The position numbers and the translations under genes were made by a program. A stretch of DNA of 64,000 nt from Alphaproteobacteria bacterium (lineage in GTDB: Bacteria > Pseudomonadota > Alphaproteobacteria > Rickettsiales > UBA1997), in contig BJGH01000003.1 in assembly GCA_014190355.1 (NCBI GenBank), forward strand, positions 2,893 to 66,892, given 5' to 3'. Positions 1-10,478 of this stretch are shown here, in pieces (the stretch's first letter is position 1; each line of letters opens with the position of its first letter). Under the pieces are notes generated by a model that was not told the DNA's origin, did no database searches, and worked only from the letters and a program-made list of their open reading frames with translations.

Positions 1-983
1 GAATATCGATCCTGCAAAACTTTATAAGCTTGTTGACAAATCTGATTATAATTTTGTGGATTGTTAATTATCGATAATATTTTATCAACTAAATCTTGAC
101 TTGATTCATTTTTAAAAAGCAAGCCATTTTGTTGATCATTGATTAATAATTTAGCACCATCAGTATCAGAAGCAATTACTAAAGTTGAATATAAAAAACC
201 TTCAATAATAACTAAACCAAATGGTTCCTCGCGCGAAGGTACACATAGAATGTCAACATCCAAAAAAAAATCTAACTTATCCTTTACTACCCCAACAAAA
301 TTACATTTGTCAATAATTTGCTGTTGCAAAGCAAGGTTTTTTAAAGTTGTTAAATTATAATTTTCACTTACTTCAAAACCTCCAATTTTAAAACGAAAAT
401 CTTGATTTTTTTCTTGCAAAATTTTGCCTGCTAACAGCATTACATCAAAACCTTTGCGAGGTTCAATTCGTCCATATATTCCTATAGTTGGACAGATATT
501 ATTGAATTTTTTTTGCTGATATTTTTGGGAAATATCAATAGCATTGTTAACAACAAAACTTTTCTTTTGATCAAAATGTTTATCAACCAAATCTTTAATT
601 TGGCGATTGATGCTGATAATGAAGTCACAATGCAAGGAAGTATCGAAAGTGATACCGTGATTAACTGCAATTGTATGGTAATTAAAGATTTTCTGGGGAA
701 GAAAAAATTTTAACAATCTCATCCATTTCATCAATCGCCTTGAGTGGCAAATAATTACCTTGGGTCGATAAGAAATTACAATTAGCAGTAATTTTAAAAA
801 ATCAAAAATTTGGGCGAAGTTTTTTAATTTAAAAATTTTTGTAGCAGAATAATTTTCATTTCCATTTTTTGAAATAAGTAAAGCAACTTCATGACCCCGC
901 ATTGTAAGTGCTTGGGTGTAATCACGAAAAACCTGCTCTACCCCACCAATTGATTGTGAATGAATTGCATTTAAAATTCTCAT
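1..983 (-). CDS. Glycosyltransferase, GT-B fold family 4 (group 1); the 3' end runs off the window
   Basis: My own minus-strand translation from the ATG at 983 gives MRILNAIHSQSIGGVEQVFRDYTQALTMRGHEV...CVPSREEPFGLVIIEGFLYSTLVIASDTDGAKLLINDQQNGLLF. The frame stays open to position 1, which explains why the ORF track misses it. The EX7E-like motif EEPFGLVIIE is typical of GT4 enzymes. Confidence 0.8.
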   Translation of the reverse strand, partial: MRILNAIHSQSIGGVEQVFRDYTQALTMRGHEVALLISKNGNENYSATKIFKLKNFAQIFDFLKLLLIVISYRPKVIICHSRRLMKWMRLLKFFLPQKIFNYHTIAVNHGITFDTSLHCDFIISINRQIKDLVDKHFDQKKSFVVNNAIDISQKYQQKKFNNICPTIGIYGRIEPRKGFDVMLLAGKILQEKNQDFRFKIGGFEVSENYNLTTLKNLALQQQIIDKCNFVGVVKDKLDFFLDVDILCVPSREEPFGLVIIEGFLYSTLVIASDTDGAKLLINDQQNGLLFKNESSQDLVDKILSIINNPQNYNQICQQAYKVLQDRY

Positions 984-1023
984 AATTTAAAATAAAAAAA
1001 ATTAATTTAATGAATTTTTAACA

Positions 1024-2052
1024 ATGCTTAAAACTAATGCAACAATAAATTTTATTGCCAAATTGCCAATCAATCATAACTTAAGTGATGATTTTGGCTT
1101 TATGAAAAAATATCTTAATTATCAACATCAGACTCCTGTAATTCAAAACTTTAAAAACACTAATGTTAGTAATAATTGCGTAATTTTTAAAAATTTTAAA
1201 ATTAATCCTGATAGTTGCATTACCTCAGAAATTTATCAACGCTATTGTCAAAATTATAAATTTTTTTTAAAATATTTTTTCCCTCAATTTAGTCCAGCAA
1301 AAAAAATAATTCATGTTGCTAACGAATACTACAGTAACTTTTTCCACTGGCATGAAATTTTGCAAAAAATAATCTTACTTAAAGAGCAAAATATCCTAAA
1401 AGATAGTTTAATAATTTTGCCAAGTAAGGCCAAAAAAATTAAATTTATTATTGAATCTCTCAAATTGATTGGCATTGATGATAAAGATCTTATTTTTATC
1501 AAAAAAAAATCATACCTTAGAGTTCGTGATTTATTTTTTGTAAATCATCGAGGTTTAGATTTTGATTTAATAAATAGACTTCGCGATCATTTAAGGATGG
1601 CAATTAAATCCAGTCAAATTAATTATGGTGATAAAATTTATATTTCACGAGCAAAACAAAAATTAAGGTTCGTTGAAAATGAAAAAAAAGTATTAGAAAT
1701 TCTTGAGAAATATAATTTTAAAAAGGTTATCATGGAAGATCACAGTTACCAAGAACAATTATCGATTTGTGCTAATGCCAAATATTTAGTTGCTCCTCAT
1801 GGAGCGGGAATAACTAACATAATAACTATGGTCAAGAATTCATCAGTTCTTGAATTAAGTTCTAAAAAAAACGAAGATTTTGAACGAGATTATCTTATCA
1901 TGGCAAACATGCTTGAAATAAATTACTTCTATCAAAAATGTCAATTTGGTAAAAATAGCTTAATTTTCGATTCCCATCATGCCAGTATTGATGTTGATTG
2001 CGATATGCTTGAAAAAAATATTAAAATTATGCTTGAAAAAAAATATGACTAA
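1024..2052 (+). CDS. Glycosyltransferase family 61-like protein (DUF563)
   Basis: The 342-aa ORF has a C-terminal YLVAPHGAGITNIITM motif characteristic of GT61/DUF563 enzymes. It is divergent from the GT4 gene. The true start may be an internal Met (MKKYLNY). Confidence 0.55.
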   Translation: MLKTNATINFIAKLPINHNLSDDFGFMKKYLNYQHQTPVIQNFKNTNVSNNCVIFKNFKINPDSCITSEIYQRYCQNYKFFLKYFFPQFSPAKKIIHVANEYYSNFFHWHEILQKIILLKEQNILKDSLIILPSKAKKIKFIIESLKLIGIDDKDLIFIKKKSYLRVRDLFFVNHRGLDFDLINRLRDHLRMAIKSSQINYGDKIYISRAKQKLRFVENEKKVLEILEKYNFKKVIMEDHSYQEQLSICANAKYLVAPHGAGITNIITMVKNSSVLELSSKKNEDFERDYLIMANMLEINYFYQKCQFGKNSLIFDSHHASIDVDCDMLEKNIKIMLEKKYD

Positions 2053-2986
2053 AATTTTTCCTCAAATACACAATTTAAAAAACCTACAAGTAATTGAGAT
2101 TTTTGGGGCAGATAGCTTTAAATTCTTACAAGGCTTGGTAACTAACGATATTAATAAAATATTAAATGAAGAAATTATCTATACGGCAATGCTAACTGGC
2201 AATGGCAGATTTTTATATGATTTTTTTCTAAAATATAATCAACAAAATAACTCGATTAATTTGCTTTGTTCGCAAAAATATCGCGATGATTTAATTAAAA
2301 AATTAAATTTTTTTCGTCTAAAATCTGCAGTAAAAATTTCTGCAGTTGAAAATATTTCAGTGCTTTATGCCTTTGAAAAAAAAGACTTGGAGCAATTCAA
2401 TCAAAAAATTTTAAAAGATCCACGACATATTGCTATGGGCTTTTTTTGTCTGGTTGAAAATCAGCAAATTCATGATTTTACTTTTACCAAAGATCTATCA
2501 TCTTATCATTTTTTACGAATTAAAAATTTAGTTTGCCAAGGGGAATATGACTTAGTAAGTGAAAAATCATTTATCCAAGAATTTGCTTTTGATCAACTAA
2601 ATGCCATCGATTATAACAAAGGCTGTTATGTTGGACAGGAGATTATTGCCAGAAGTTATCATCGTGGTGAGATTAGAAAAAAAATTATTAATTTAAACAT
2701 TGACTTAACAAAAAATAGTCATTTTCGTGAACAACTATTTAGTTTAGTTAAAAATAATGATTTATTGCTAAAAAATCACAATTATTATTTTTTCAATTCG
2801 CAGGAGTCCTTGAAAATCATGCATCGCGATTTGGAGATTGGTCAATTATTATCGCTAATTTTCAATGATCAGCAATTTTATTGCTTAGGGCAAATAAAAA
2901 TATCCGAAAATTTGCAGTTGGAAAATTTAAATAATGATTTAAAAATAGAGCAAATTAATATCTCATGTGCTAAAATTAACTTTTAA
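2045..2986 (+). CDS. ygfZ: YgfZ-type folate-binding protein (GcvT-like fold)
   Basis: Carries the signature NKGCYVGQEIIARSYHRGEIRKK. I prefer the ATG at 2045 (MTKIFPQIHN...), which overlaps the upstream stop by 8 nt. The track start at 1979 lies inside the preceding gene. Confidence 0.7.
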   Translation: MTKIFPQIHNLKNLQVIEIFGADSFKFLQGLVTNDINKILNEEIIYTAMLTGNGRFLYDFFLKYNQQNNSINLLCSQKYRDDLIKKLNFFRLKSAVKISAVENISVLYAFEKKDLEQFNQKILKDPRHIAMGFFCLVENQQIHDFTFTKDLSSYHFLRIKNLVCQGEYDLVSEKSFIQEFAFDQLNAIDYNKGCYVGQEIIARSYHRGEIRKKIINLNIDLTKNSHFREQLFSLVKNNDLLLKNHNYYFFNSQESLKIMHRDLEIGQLLSLIFNDQQFYCLGQIKISENLQLENLNNDLKIEQINISCAKINF

Positions 2987-3001
2987 ATTCATAAATTTAA
3001 C

Positions 3002-3931
3002 ATGCAAATATATTTACCAATTGCTGAAATTCCTGTTAACATTATCATGGTTCTAATTCTTGGTCTTCTTACTGGGTTTTTAGCTGGAATGTTTGGAATT
3101 GGTGGAGGTTTTTTAGCAACACCTTTTTTAATCTTCATCGGCATACCTCCCGCAGTAGCGGTATCAACTTCAACCAATCAAATAATTTCTGCTTCAATTT
3201 CAGGTCTATTAGGTCATTTACGCAAAGGAAATGTTGATATTAAGATGGGAAGTTATTTGGTTTTTGGGGGATTTATTGGTTCATCAGCTGGAGTTTCAGT
3301 TTTTAAATTTTTACAAAAAACTGGTTATATTGATGTTACAATTGCATTGGTCTATGTAATATTTTTAGGATTGATAAGTATTGCAATGATTCGTGATAGT
3401 GTCAGAGTTATTTTTCAAGAAAAATATGGCTTTAACACTGAAAATAAAGAAGGTAAGATCGTTAATAAAGTTCTTAAAATTATCGATAAAATGCCTTATC
3501 GTTTATACTTTCCAAAATCTGGAGTGATTATTAGTCCAATTGTGCCAGTTGTTTTAAGTTGTGGTATTGGAATTTTAGTTGCCCTAATGGGGATTGGTGG
3601 AGGATTTTTGATGATTCCTGCCATGGTTTATTTACTGAGAATGCCTTCAGGTGTTGTTGTTGGAACTTCATTATTTCAAATTGTCTTTATCGCTAGCAAT
3701 GCAACTTTTTTGCAAGCAATCAGCAATAATAATGTTGATATCGTATTAGCATCTTTAATGATTGTGAGTTCGGCAATTGGAGCGCAAATTGGCACCAGAA
3801 CTGGTTACAAAGTTAATGCTAATGGGATGAGAGCTATACTAGCTACAATGTTACTTGGAATTTGTATAAAAATGGTTTTTGTATTATTTTCAAAACCAAG
3901 TAATTTATTTATCGTGGAAATTTTAAAATGA
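3002..3931 (+). CDS. TauE/SafE (TSUP, DUF81) family membrane transporter
   Basis: Polytopic membrane protein with two GIGGGF motifs (GMFGIGGGFLATPF and LMGIGGGFLMIPAM). Confidence 0.8.
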   Translation: MQIYLPIAEIPVNIIMVLILGLLTGFLAGMFGIGGGFLATPFLIFIGIPPAVAVSTSTNQIISASISGLLGHLRKGNVDIKMGSYLVFGGFIGSSAGVSVFKFLQKTGYIDVTIALVYVIFLGLISIAMIRDSVRVIFQEKYGFNTENKEGKIVNKVLKIIDKMPYRLYFPKSGVIISPIVPVVLSCGIGILVALMGIGGGFLMIPAMVYLLRMPSGVVVGTSLFQIVFIASNATFLQAISNNNVDIVLASLMIVSSAIGAQIGTRTGYKVNANGMRAILATMLLGICIKMVFVLFSKPSNLFIVEILK

Positions 3932-4671
3932 AAAAAATTCTAATTTTAACAATTTTAATTTTAGGACTTACCACTGCTAAATCATTTTGTGCACCTCTAA
4001 TTTCAGGGATTTCAACCAATGAAATTAATATTGACACTAAATTTAAAGGAGCACAAATATTGCTTTTCGGAGCGAAAGGTGACGCTGGAAATATTGTGAT
4101 TACCGTTCGTGGACCAAAAAAAAATTTTTTCGTTACCAGAAAAGAAAAAATTATTGGAATCTGGTACAATGCTACTCGGTTAAAATTTGAAAATTCTTAT
4201 AGTTTTTTTTCGTTATTTTCTTCTTATAAAAGTTTAGAAGTTGATGAAGAAATTCTTCATGATTTAGAACTTACCAAAGATTTTTTACAATTCTCAAATT
4301 TTCAAAAATATGATGAGAAAACCAAAAATGATTTCAAGATAGAATTAATCGAGGAAATGGAGCGAAGAAAACTTTACAATAACACTGCAGATAAAGTTGA
4401 TTTTTTGGATGATACCTTATTTAAAATTATGCTCAACTTTCCTAAAAATATTGTCCAAGGTGTTTATACGGTAGAGCTTTACCTTATCAAAGAAAATTCC
4501 CTGATCTCTTTTCAATCAATTCCAATCTATGTCAATCAAGTTGGAATAAGTGCAAAAATTTCAGAATTTTCTCATCAACAAGAAATATTTTACGGTTTAG
4601 TTGCAGTAATTTTAGCTCTTGTTGTTGGCTGGATTACCAACTATATTTTCATGCGATTTATTGGTCAATAA
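3928..4671 (+). CDS. TIGR02186 / Alph_Pro_TM family membrane protein
   Basis: Has a signal peptide, then INIDTKFKGAQILLFGAKGDAGNIVITVRGPKKNFFVTRKEKIIGIWYN, and a C-terminal TM segment. It overlaps the upstream TauE-like gene by 4 nt, a pairing conserved in alphaproteobacteria. Confidence 0.7.
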   Translation: MKKILILTILILGLTTAKSFCAPLISGISTNEINIDTKFKGAQILLFGAKGDAGNIVITVRGPKKNFFVTRKEKIIGIWYNATRLKFENSYSFFSLFSSYKSLEVDEEILHDLELTKDFLQFSNFQKYDEKTKNDFKIELIEEMERRKLYNNTADKVDFLDDTLFKIMLNFPKNIVQGVYTVELYLIKENSLISFQSIPIYVNQVGISAKISEFSHQQEIFYGLVAVILALVVGWITNYIFMRFIGQ

Positions 4672-4684
4672 TTTAAAATAATTT

Positions 4685-5155
4685 ATGGAAAATAATAACA
4701 TCAATCAACAGAACTCATCATCAATTATTGTTTGCATTGACACCTCTAATGCTTCAGAAAAAGCTCTTAGATACGGATGTATTCAAGCTAAAAAATATCA
4801 ACATCATCTGGAAATTCTTGCGGTGATTGAGGCTTCACATAAAAATCTGCTATTTGGAGCGCAAGCAATAAGCAACCAAAAACGTCAACAAATGGAAAAA
4901 CATATCAAAAAACTTATGCATTCAATTTGTAGCGGATATGAAATTACTCCGGTCTTTTCAATAAGAGAGGGAGATATTGCAAGCGAGATTACTCATCAAC
5001 TTAAATTTGCCAATAATTGCCAAATGGTAATTTTTGGCAAATCTAACAATTCACTTTCCGATAACACTGTTTTACCAAAAATAATAAATCGTATTGGCAG
5101 TAAAATTAAAGTTCCGGTAATTATAATTCCTGAAAACTTTGAAAATTTATCTTAA
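4685..5155 (+). CDS. Universal stress protein (UspA) family
   Basis: The 156-aa ORF has a Usp-like layout: IIVCIDTSNASEKALRYG ... MVIFGKSNN ... VPVIIIP. Confidence 0.5.
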   Translation: MENNNINQQNSSSIIVCIDTSNASEKALRYGCIQAKKYQHHLEILAVIEASHKNLLFGAQAISNQKRQQMEKHIKKLMHSICSGYEITPVFSIREGDIASEITHQLKFANNCQMVIFGKSNNSLSDNTVLPKIINRIGSKIKVPVIIIPENFENLS

Positions 5156-5158
5156 ATT

Positions 5159-6694
5159 ATGTTTCGTAATTTTTTGACCGTTTCGTTTTTTATTTCAATG
5201 TCTCGGATTCTAGGCTTTGTTCGCGATATTTTAATTGCTAATTATATTGGAGTCTCAGTTTTATCAGATACTTTTTTTGCAGCATTTCGTCTACCTAATT
5301 TTTTTCGAAGAATCTTTGCCGAAGGAGCATTTAACTCAGCTTTTGTGCCAATTTTTGTTGAAAAATTAACTGATAAAGAAGACACCATTAAAGCCAAAAA
5401 TTTTGCCGAAAATATTTTTTCATTTTTATTTTTTAGTCTATTCATCTTTACAATAATTTTACAGCTCTTCATGCCTTTTTTTATGAAGATTCTATTCCCA
5501 GGATTTTTTAGTGATACGATAAAGTCAGACCTCCTAATTAATCTTTCACGGATCACTGTTTTTTATTTATTTTTTATCGCTTTGGTTTCTTTATTTAGCG
5601 GTATTCTCAATTCTCTTGGTAAATTTGCTATTCCTGCCTCATCTCCAATAATTTTAAATTTAACTTTGATTGCCAGTATTTTTGTCTTTGGCAATATCGT
5701 TCCAAACTATTCTTATGCTCTTGCTTGGGGAGTTTTTTTTGCTGGGATTTTTCAATTAACAATAATTGCTTTTTTTAGTTACAAAAAAGGCTATTTACTC
5801 TACCCTAAAACTCCTAAAATTAATCCGGATATTAAAAAATTTTTTCGTAAATTAATTCCTGGATTGATCGGAGCAAATGTTATGCAAATTAATTTAATGG
5901 TTGATTCAATCTTTGCTAGCATGATCACAGGAGCAATATCATATCTTTACTACGCAGATCGTATAAATCAATTACCCCTAGCAATGATTGGCATTGCCAT
6001 TAACATTGCCTTGTTACCCAATCTTACTCGCAAAATTAAACAAAACGAGCTATTACAAGCAAATAATATACAAAATCTTGCCATTGAAGTTGGACTAATT
6101 TTAGTAATTCCTGCAACCTTAGCTTTAACAGTAATTGCCTTGCCAATTATTGAAACCCTATTTGAACGCGGACAATTCAATCACCAACAAAGTATTGCTG
6201 TAGCTAATGCTCTATTTTTTTATTCTCTTGGTTTACCATCTTATGTTTTAGTTAAGATTGTTGAACCTGCGTTTTTCTCTCGCGGTGATACTAAAACTCC
6301 AATGAAGATTGCCATAATTTGTCTAATAAACAATATTATTTTTAATTATATTTTTTATGTTATAGGTCTTGATTATGTTGGGATTATTTTGGCTTCGGTA
6401 TTATCAAGTTATTTAAACTTATCGATTTTGCTACGCAATCTAATTATCAAAAAATTATTTTATTTTAATCAAGATTTTAAAAAGAAATTGTTTCGTATAA
6501 TTATCCCTGCATTCTTTATGGCAATATCCTTAAAAATACTTAAAGATTATTTTGTAGATCAAAATTATTTTAATAAAACTTTTGAATTAATAATTATAGT
6601 TATTTCTGGACTATTAGTTTATTTCATTTCTAGTTATTATTCAAAAAGTTTACAAATAATTAATAAATCCCAAGTTTTTAACAAAAGAAAATAA
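5159..6694 (+). CDS. murJ: Lipid II flippase MurJ (MviN)
   Basis: A 511-aa polytopic protein. Its N-terminus SRILGFVRDILIANYIGVSVLSDTFFAAFRLPNFFRRIFAEGAFNSAFVPIF is typical of MurJ. Confidence 0.9.
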   Translation: MFRNFLTVSFFISMSRILGFVRDILIANYIGVSVLSDTFFAAFRLPNFFRRIFAEGAFNSAFVPIFVEKLTDKEDTIKAKNFAENIFSFLFFSLFIFTIILQLFMPFFMKILFPGFFSDTIKSDLLINLSRITVFYLFFIALVSLFSGILNSLGKFAIPASSPIILNLTLIASIFVFGNIVPNYSYALAWGVFFAGIFQLTIIAFFSYKKGYLLYPKTPKINPDIKKFFRKLIPGLIGANVMQINLMVDSIFASMITGAISYLYYADRINQLPLAMIGIAINIALLPNLTRKIKQNELLQANNIQNLAIEVGLILVIPATLALTVIALPIIETLFERGQFNHQQSIAVANALFFYSLGLPSYVLVKIVEPAFFSRGDTKTPMKIAIICLINNIIFNYIFYVIGLDYVGIILASVLSSYLNLSILLRNLIIKKLFYFNQDFKKKLFRIIIPAFFMAISLKILKDYFVDQNYFNKTFELIIIVISGLLVYFISSYYSKSLQIINKSQVFNKRK

Positions 6695-6698
6695 TAAT

Positions 6699-8483
6699 AT
6701 GAATATAGCAAACAAAGAGGAAGGTCTTGGAAGTTGGAATTTAAATGACTTATACCAAGGTATCGATGATAAAAAAATTGCTATCGATACTGCAGAAATC
6801 TTTAGCAAGATTGATAATTTTTGTAAAAAATATCAAGACAAAGTTTCAAAACTTAATTCCTTGGAACTATGCAAAGCTATTGAGGAGTATGAAGAAATAT
6901 TAGAAAAAGCAGCAAAAATCTTAACATACTCTTACCTGCTTCACAGTAGTGATTATTCTAATCAAAAATACTCAATTTTTTTTCAAAATTCCAATGAAAA
7001 TTTAATTAGTAAACAAAGCAGTCTGGCTTTTTTTCAGATTGAAATTAATCTCTTAAGCGAAGAAAAAATTCAACAACTTTTAAAACAAGAAACTCTCAAA
7101 AAATATCAACCTTTCATTCGCGATACAAGAATTTTTAAAGATCATACCCTATCAAATGACTTAGAAAAACTTTTTATTGAAAAAAATATTACTTCGCGTT
7201 CTGCTTTTGTTAGACTATTTGATGAAACAATAAATAATCTGAAATTTGAATATGATAACAAAACTCTCAACTCTCAGGAAATTTTTAATTTAATGAGTAA
7301 TAAAGATGAGAAAGTTCGTGAAAAATCAGCTAATAGTATTGTCAAAACTTTCAATAATAACCTCAAATTTTTTGCTTTCATTACTAACATTCTCGCCAAA
7401 GACAAGGCGATTGAAGATGATTACCGAAAATTTAAAACACCGATTTCTTCACGCAATTTAAGTAACTTTATCGAAGATGACGTTGTGGAAACAATGAGTG
7501 AAACTGTTAAAGAAAATTATCAAAATACTTCTCATCGTTATTACAAAATCAAAGCAAAAATTTTAAATAAGCAATTTTTAAACTACTGGGATCGAAATGC
7601 TCCAATCAATAATGAAGAAAATTGTCAGACCTACAGCTATAAGCAAGCTCAAGATTTAGTTTTAGAAGCATATCATGATTTCAATCCAAAAATGGCTGAA
7701 ATTGGTAAAAAATTTTTTGACAATAATTGGATTGATTCTGAAGTAAGAAATGGTAAAGATTCAGGAGCATATTCACATCCCTGTGTTCCATCTGTTCATC
7801 CTTATATCTTAATGAACTTTCAAGGCAGAACTCGCGATGTTATGACATTAGCTCATGAACTTGGTCATGGTATTCATCAATATTTAGCTCGTAAACAAGG
7901 TTTTTTACAGTCCTCTACCCCTTTAACATTAGCAGAAACTGCATCAGTATTTGGTGAACAATTAACATTTCAAAAAATACTTAAACTTGAGCAAAATAAT
8001 AATCGTAAAAAAATCATTATCGCTAACAAGATTGAGGATATGATTAATACTGTAGTTCGCCAAATAGCTTTTTTAGACTTTGAAAAAAAGATTCACGAAC
8101 ATAGAAAATCTGGTGAAGTAGAACTTGAAAAAATTAATCAATTTTGGTTTGAAACACAACAACAAAGTCTTGGACCAATTTTTAAATTAAACGAAGAATA
8201 TAAAATTTTTTGGTGTTATATTCCGCATTTTATTCACTCACCTTTTTATGTTTATTCATATGCTTATGGCGATTGTTTAGTTAATTCGTTATATTCTATT
8301 TATAATTCACAAAAAATACCAAACTTTAGTGATAAATATTTAAATATGTTAGAATTAGGAGGAGTTAATCATTACAAAGAAATGCTTAGTGTATTCGATA
8401 TTGATATTTCCCAAAAAAAATTCTGGAAATTTGGATTAGATATTATAACTTCATATATTGATCAGCTGGAACAATATCTCTAA
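6699..8483 (+). CDS. pepF: Oligoendopeptidase F (M3B metallopeptidase)
   Basis: 594 aa with the HEXXH zinc motif in TLAHELGHGIHQY and an M3B-like layout. Confidence 0.85.
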   Translation: MNIANKEEGLGSWNLNDLYQGIDDKKIAIDTAEIFSKIDNFCKKYQDKVSKLNSLELCKAIEEYEEILEKAAKILTYSYLLHSSDYSNQKYSIFFQNSNENLISKQSSLAFFQIEINLLSEEKIQQLLKQETLKKYQPFIRDTRIFKDHTLSNDLEKLFIEKNITSRSAFVRLFDETINNLKFEYDNKTLNSQEIFNLMSNKDEKVREKSANSIVKTFNNNLKFFAFITNILAKDKAIEDDYRKFKTPISSRNLSNFIEDDVVETMSETVKENYQNTSHRYYKIKAKILNKQFLNYWDRNAPINNEENCQTYSYKQAQDLVLEAYHDFNPKMAEIGKKFFDNNWIDSEVRNGKDSGAYSHPCVPSVHPYILMNFQGRTRDVMTLAHELGHGIHQYLARKQGFLQSSTPLTLAETASVFGEQLTFQKILKLEQNNNRKKIIIANKIEDMINTVVRQIAFLDFEKKIHEHRKSGEVELEKINQFWFETQQQSLGPIFKLNEEYKIFWCYIPHFIHSPFYVYSYAYGDCLVNSLYSIYNSQKIPNFSDKYLNMLELGGVNHYKEMLSVFDIDISQKKFWKFGLDIITSYIDQLEQYL

Positions 8484-8498
8484 ATTAAAATTTAATTT

Positions 8499-9320
8499 AT
8501 GGTAAAAAAATTTAAAATATTATTTTTGATTATTGCCCTATCTATAACCCAGTCATGTGCTTTACTTAGAGATAAAAACAGCAATTTAGACTATAATTGC
8601 GATGAAATATTTTATCAATTAAACGATCGTTATAAATTATTTTTAGAATTAGATAAAAAAGAAATTAGAAATCGTCAACAACTTGAAGTTCCAACTACTA
8701 GTAAGCTAGAGGAACTTAGTGTTTTTTCAAAAATTGTTGAAGCTGTTAGAAATGCTCCAGATAATGCCAAACTAATTCCCGTTGATCTTCGTTATTACAA
8801 AAATGTTGATTTAGGAAATATTGTAATTTCTAACGTAAATCAAAAATATCTTTCAACTTTTTTAAAGACATCAAAATACTCCCAAGGCTTTTTTGCTTTA
8901 ATCAACTTTAATAACAAAACTGTAAAATACTTTCCAGTTGAAATTAACAAATTTTTCAGTCCTGAAGAAATCAAAAGAAAAGATCTTGCTAATGTTGAAA
9001 TAGTTATAAATGTTAGCGATTCCAAAAGAATCTCGGGAAATATGAAATTTTCTGCCAATCAGCAAGTTTCAATAATTGCCGATAATATTCAAGATCCATA
9101 TCGATTGGACTTAAGAGAATCAAGCAATATGCAATTTAATATGGATAAAAAATGGGTAATGTCAGTGTATAGTTTTGAGAATAGCAATTTAAAAGATGGC
9201 AAAGTTACCACAGGTTTCTTTAAATTTATTAACAATAAAAATTCTCAGGTTAAACTCCAGAAGTTTAATAAATCAACAGGAAAATGTTATATCGATTCCA
9301 AAGCTAATAAACTTCAATAA
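8499..9320 (+). CDS. Hypothetical lipoprotein
   Basis: Signal peptide with a lipobox-like LSITQSC. I recognised no family. Confidence 0.5.
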   Translation: MVKKFKILFLIIALSITQSCALLRDKNSNLDYNCDEIFYQLNDRYKLFLELDKKEIRNRQQLEVPTTSKLEELSVFSKIVEAVRNAPDNAKLIPVDLRYYKNVDLGNIVISNVNQKYLSTFLKTSKYSQGFFALINFNNKTVKYFPVEINKFFSPEEIKRKDLANVEIVINVSDSKRISGNMKFSANQQVSIIADNIQDPYRLDLRESSNMQFNMDKKWVMSVYSFENSNLKDGKVTTGFFKFINNKNSQVKLQKFNKSTGKCYIDSKANKLQ

Positions 9321-9342
9321 ATAAATTAATTTTTTTAAAATT

Positions 9343-9666
9343 ATGAAAATTTCTAAAATAATATTTACTCTTACCACAATTTTGTTAATACAATCATGCA
9401 CTACCTACTCCACAGATCTTAATGAATTACAAAAAATTAAAGTTTCTGATCTCAGTGAAATCAAACGCGGAGAAACATGTGCAAAAAATTTATTTGGTGC
9501 ATTTAGCTTACCTTATTTTGGCGATACAGCCATTAAATTAAGCGGAGATCAATCAGTAATTACCGCAATGAAAAAAGGCAATATCACCGATGTTTATGCA
9601 ACAGACTTTTACAATCGTAATTTGCTTATATTTAGCAAAAGATGTACGGTTGTTTTTGGCAAATAA
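9343..9666 (+). CDS. Small lipoprotein, TRL-like family
   Basis: Lipobox LLIQSC. The C-terminal pattern GDTAIKLSGDQSVITAMKKGNITDVYATDFYNRNLLIFSKRCTVVFGK resembles TRL-like lipoproteins. Confidence 0.5.
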   Translation: MKISKIIFTLTTILLIQSCTTYSTDLNELQKIKVSDLSEIKRGETCAKNLFGAFSLPYFGDTAIKLSGDQSVITAMKKGNITDVYATDFYNRNLLIFSKRCTVVFGK

Positions 9667-9677
9667 ATCTCTAAATT

Positions 9678-10388
9678 GTGGATCAATCAAATTCAAAGCT
9701 TGTTCGCGATCAATTTAAAGCAAATAAAATTAGTTGGAAAAATTCATCCCTTTTCGGTTTGAGCATTGATTACAATCATCAACCAATCCCTTGGTTTAGC
9801 TACTCCGCCATAGATTATTTAAAAAACAAATTACAAAAAAATTTTAAGATTTTTGAATATGGCTGCGGAAGTTCTAGTTTATTTTTTAGTCAATATTGTC
9901 AAAAAGTAACTAGCCTTGAGACCAATCAAATATGGTTTCAAGTTTTATGTGAAAAAATTACAAAAGATTATGATTTTATTAAAAAATCGCCATTAACAAC
10001 ATCATCAATTACATCATCAAATCAGCAATCAAAATTTGAAGAAACTCCTCTAAACTTACCTAAAGAGAAATTTATAAAAAATGTTAATGAACTTAAAATC
10101 ATTTTAATGGACAATGGTTTGGAAAATCCAAATTATCAGAATTATGTAAATTTATTTAAAGAAAAATTTGATATAATTTTAATTGACTCGCTAAAAAGAT
10201 ATCAATGTGCAATCAATGCAATCAATGCTCTAAACCATGGAGGAATTATTATACTTGATGACTCGCAGCGCAGTAATTATCAAAAAATTTTCGATTTTTT
10301 TAAAAACAATAATTTCCAAAAAATTGATTTTTTAGGAATTGCTCCAGGACAATTATCAATAAAAAATACCACAATTTTTTTTCAGTAA
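9678..10388 (+). CDS. Putative class I SAM-dependent methyltransferase-like protein
   Basis: GTG start. Has a motif I-like FEYGCGSSSLFF and post-motif DIILIDS / GGIIILDD segments. The family assignment is tentative. Confidence 0.4.
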   Translation: MDQSNSKLVRDQFKANKISWKNSSLFGLSIDYNHQPIPWFSYSAIDYLKNKLQKNFKIFEYGCGSSSLFFSQYCQKVTSLETNQIWFQVLCEKITKDYDFIKKSPLTTSSITSSNQQSKFEETPLNLPKEKFIKNVNELKIILMDNGLENPNYQNYVNLFKEKFDIILIDSLKRYQCAINAINALNHGGIIILDDSQRSNYQKIFDFFKNNNFQKIDFLGIAPGQLSIKNTTIFFQ

Positions 10389-10478
10389 AAAGAGCTTTGA
10401 CAACTAAAACGATAAAAATTAGTTTTAAAATTATTTTTGATTAAAATTATAGCGTAAATTAAAAAAATATCTTTATCA

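Noticed and set aside
139-713. Track ORFs 139-360(+), 482-670(-) and 513-713(+).
   Set aside because: All fall inside the long minus-strand GT4 glycosyltransferase reading frame (983 to 1). The track missed that frame because it has no stop within the window. The short ORFs have no recognisable features.
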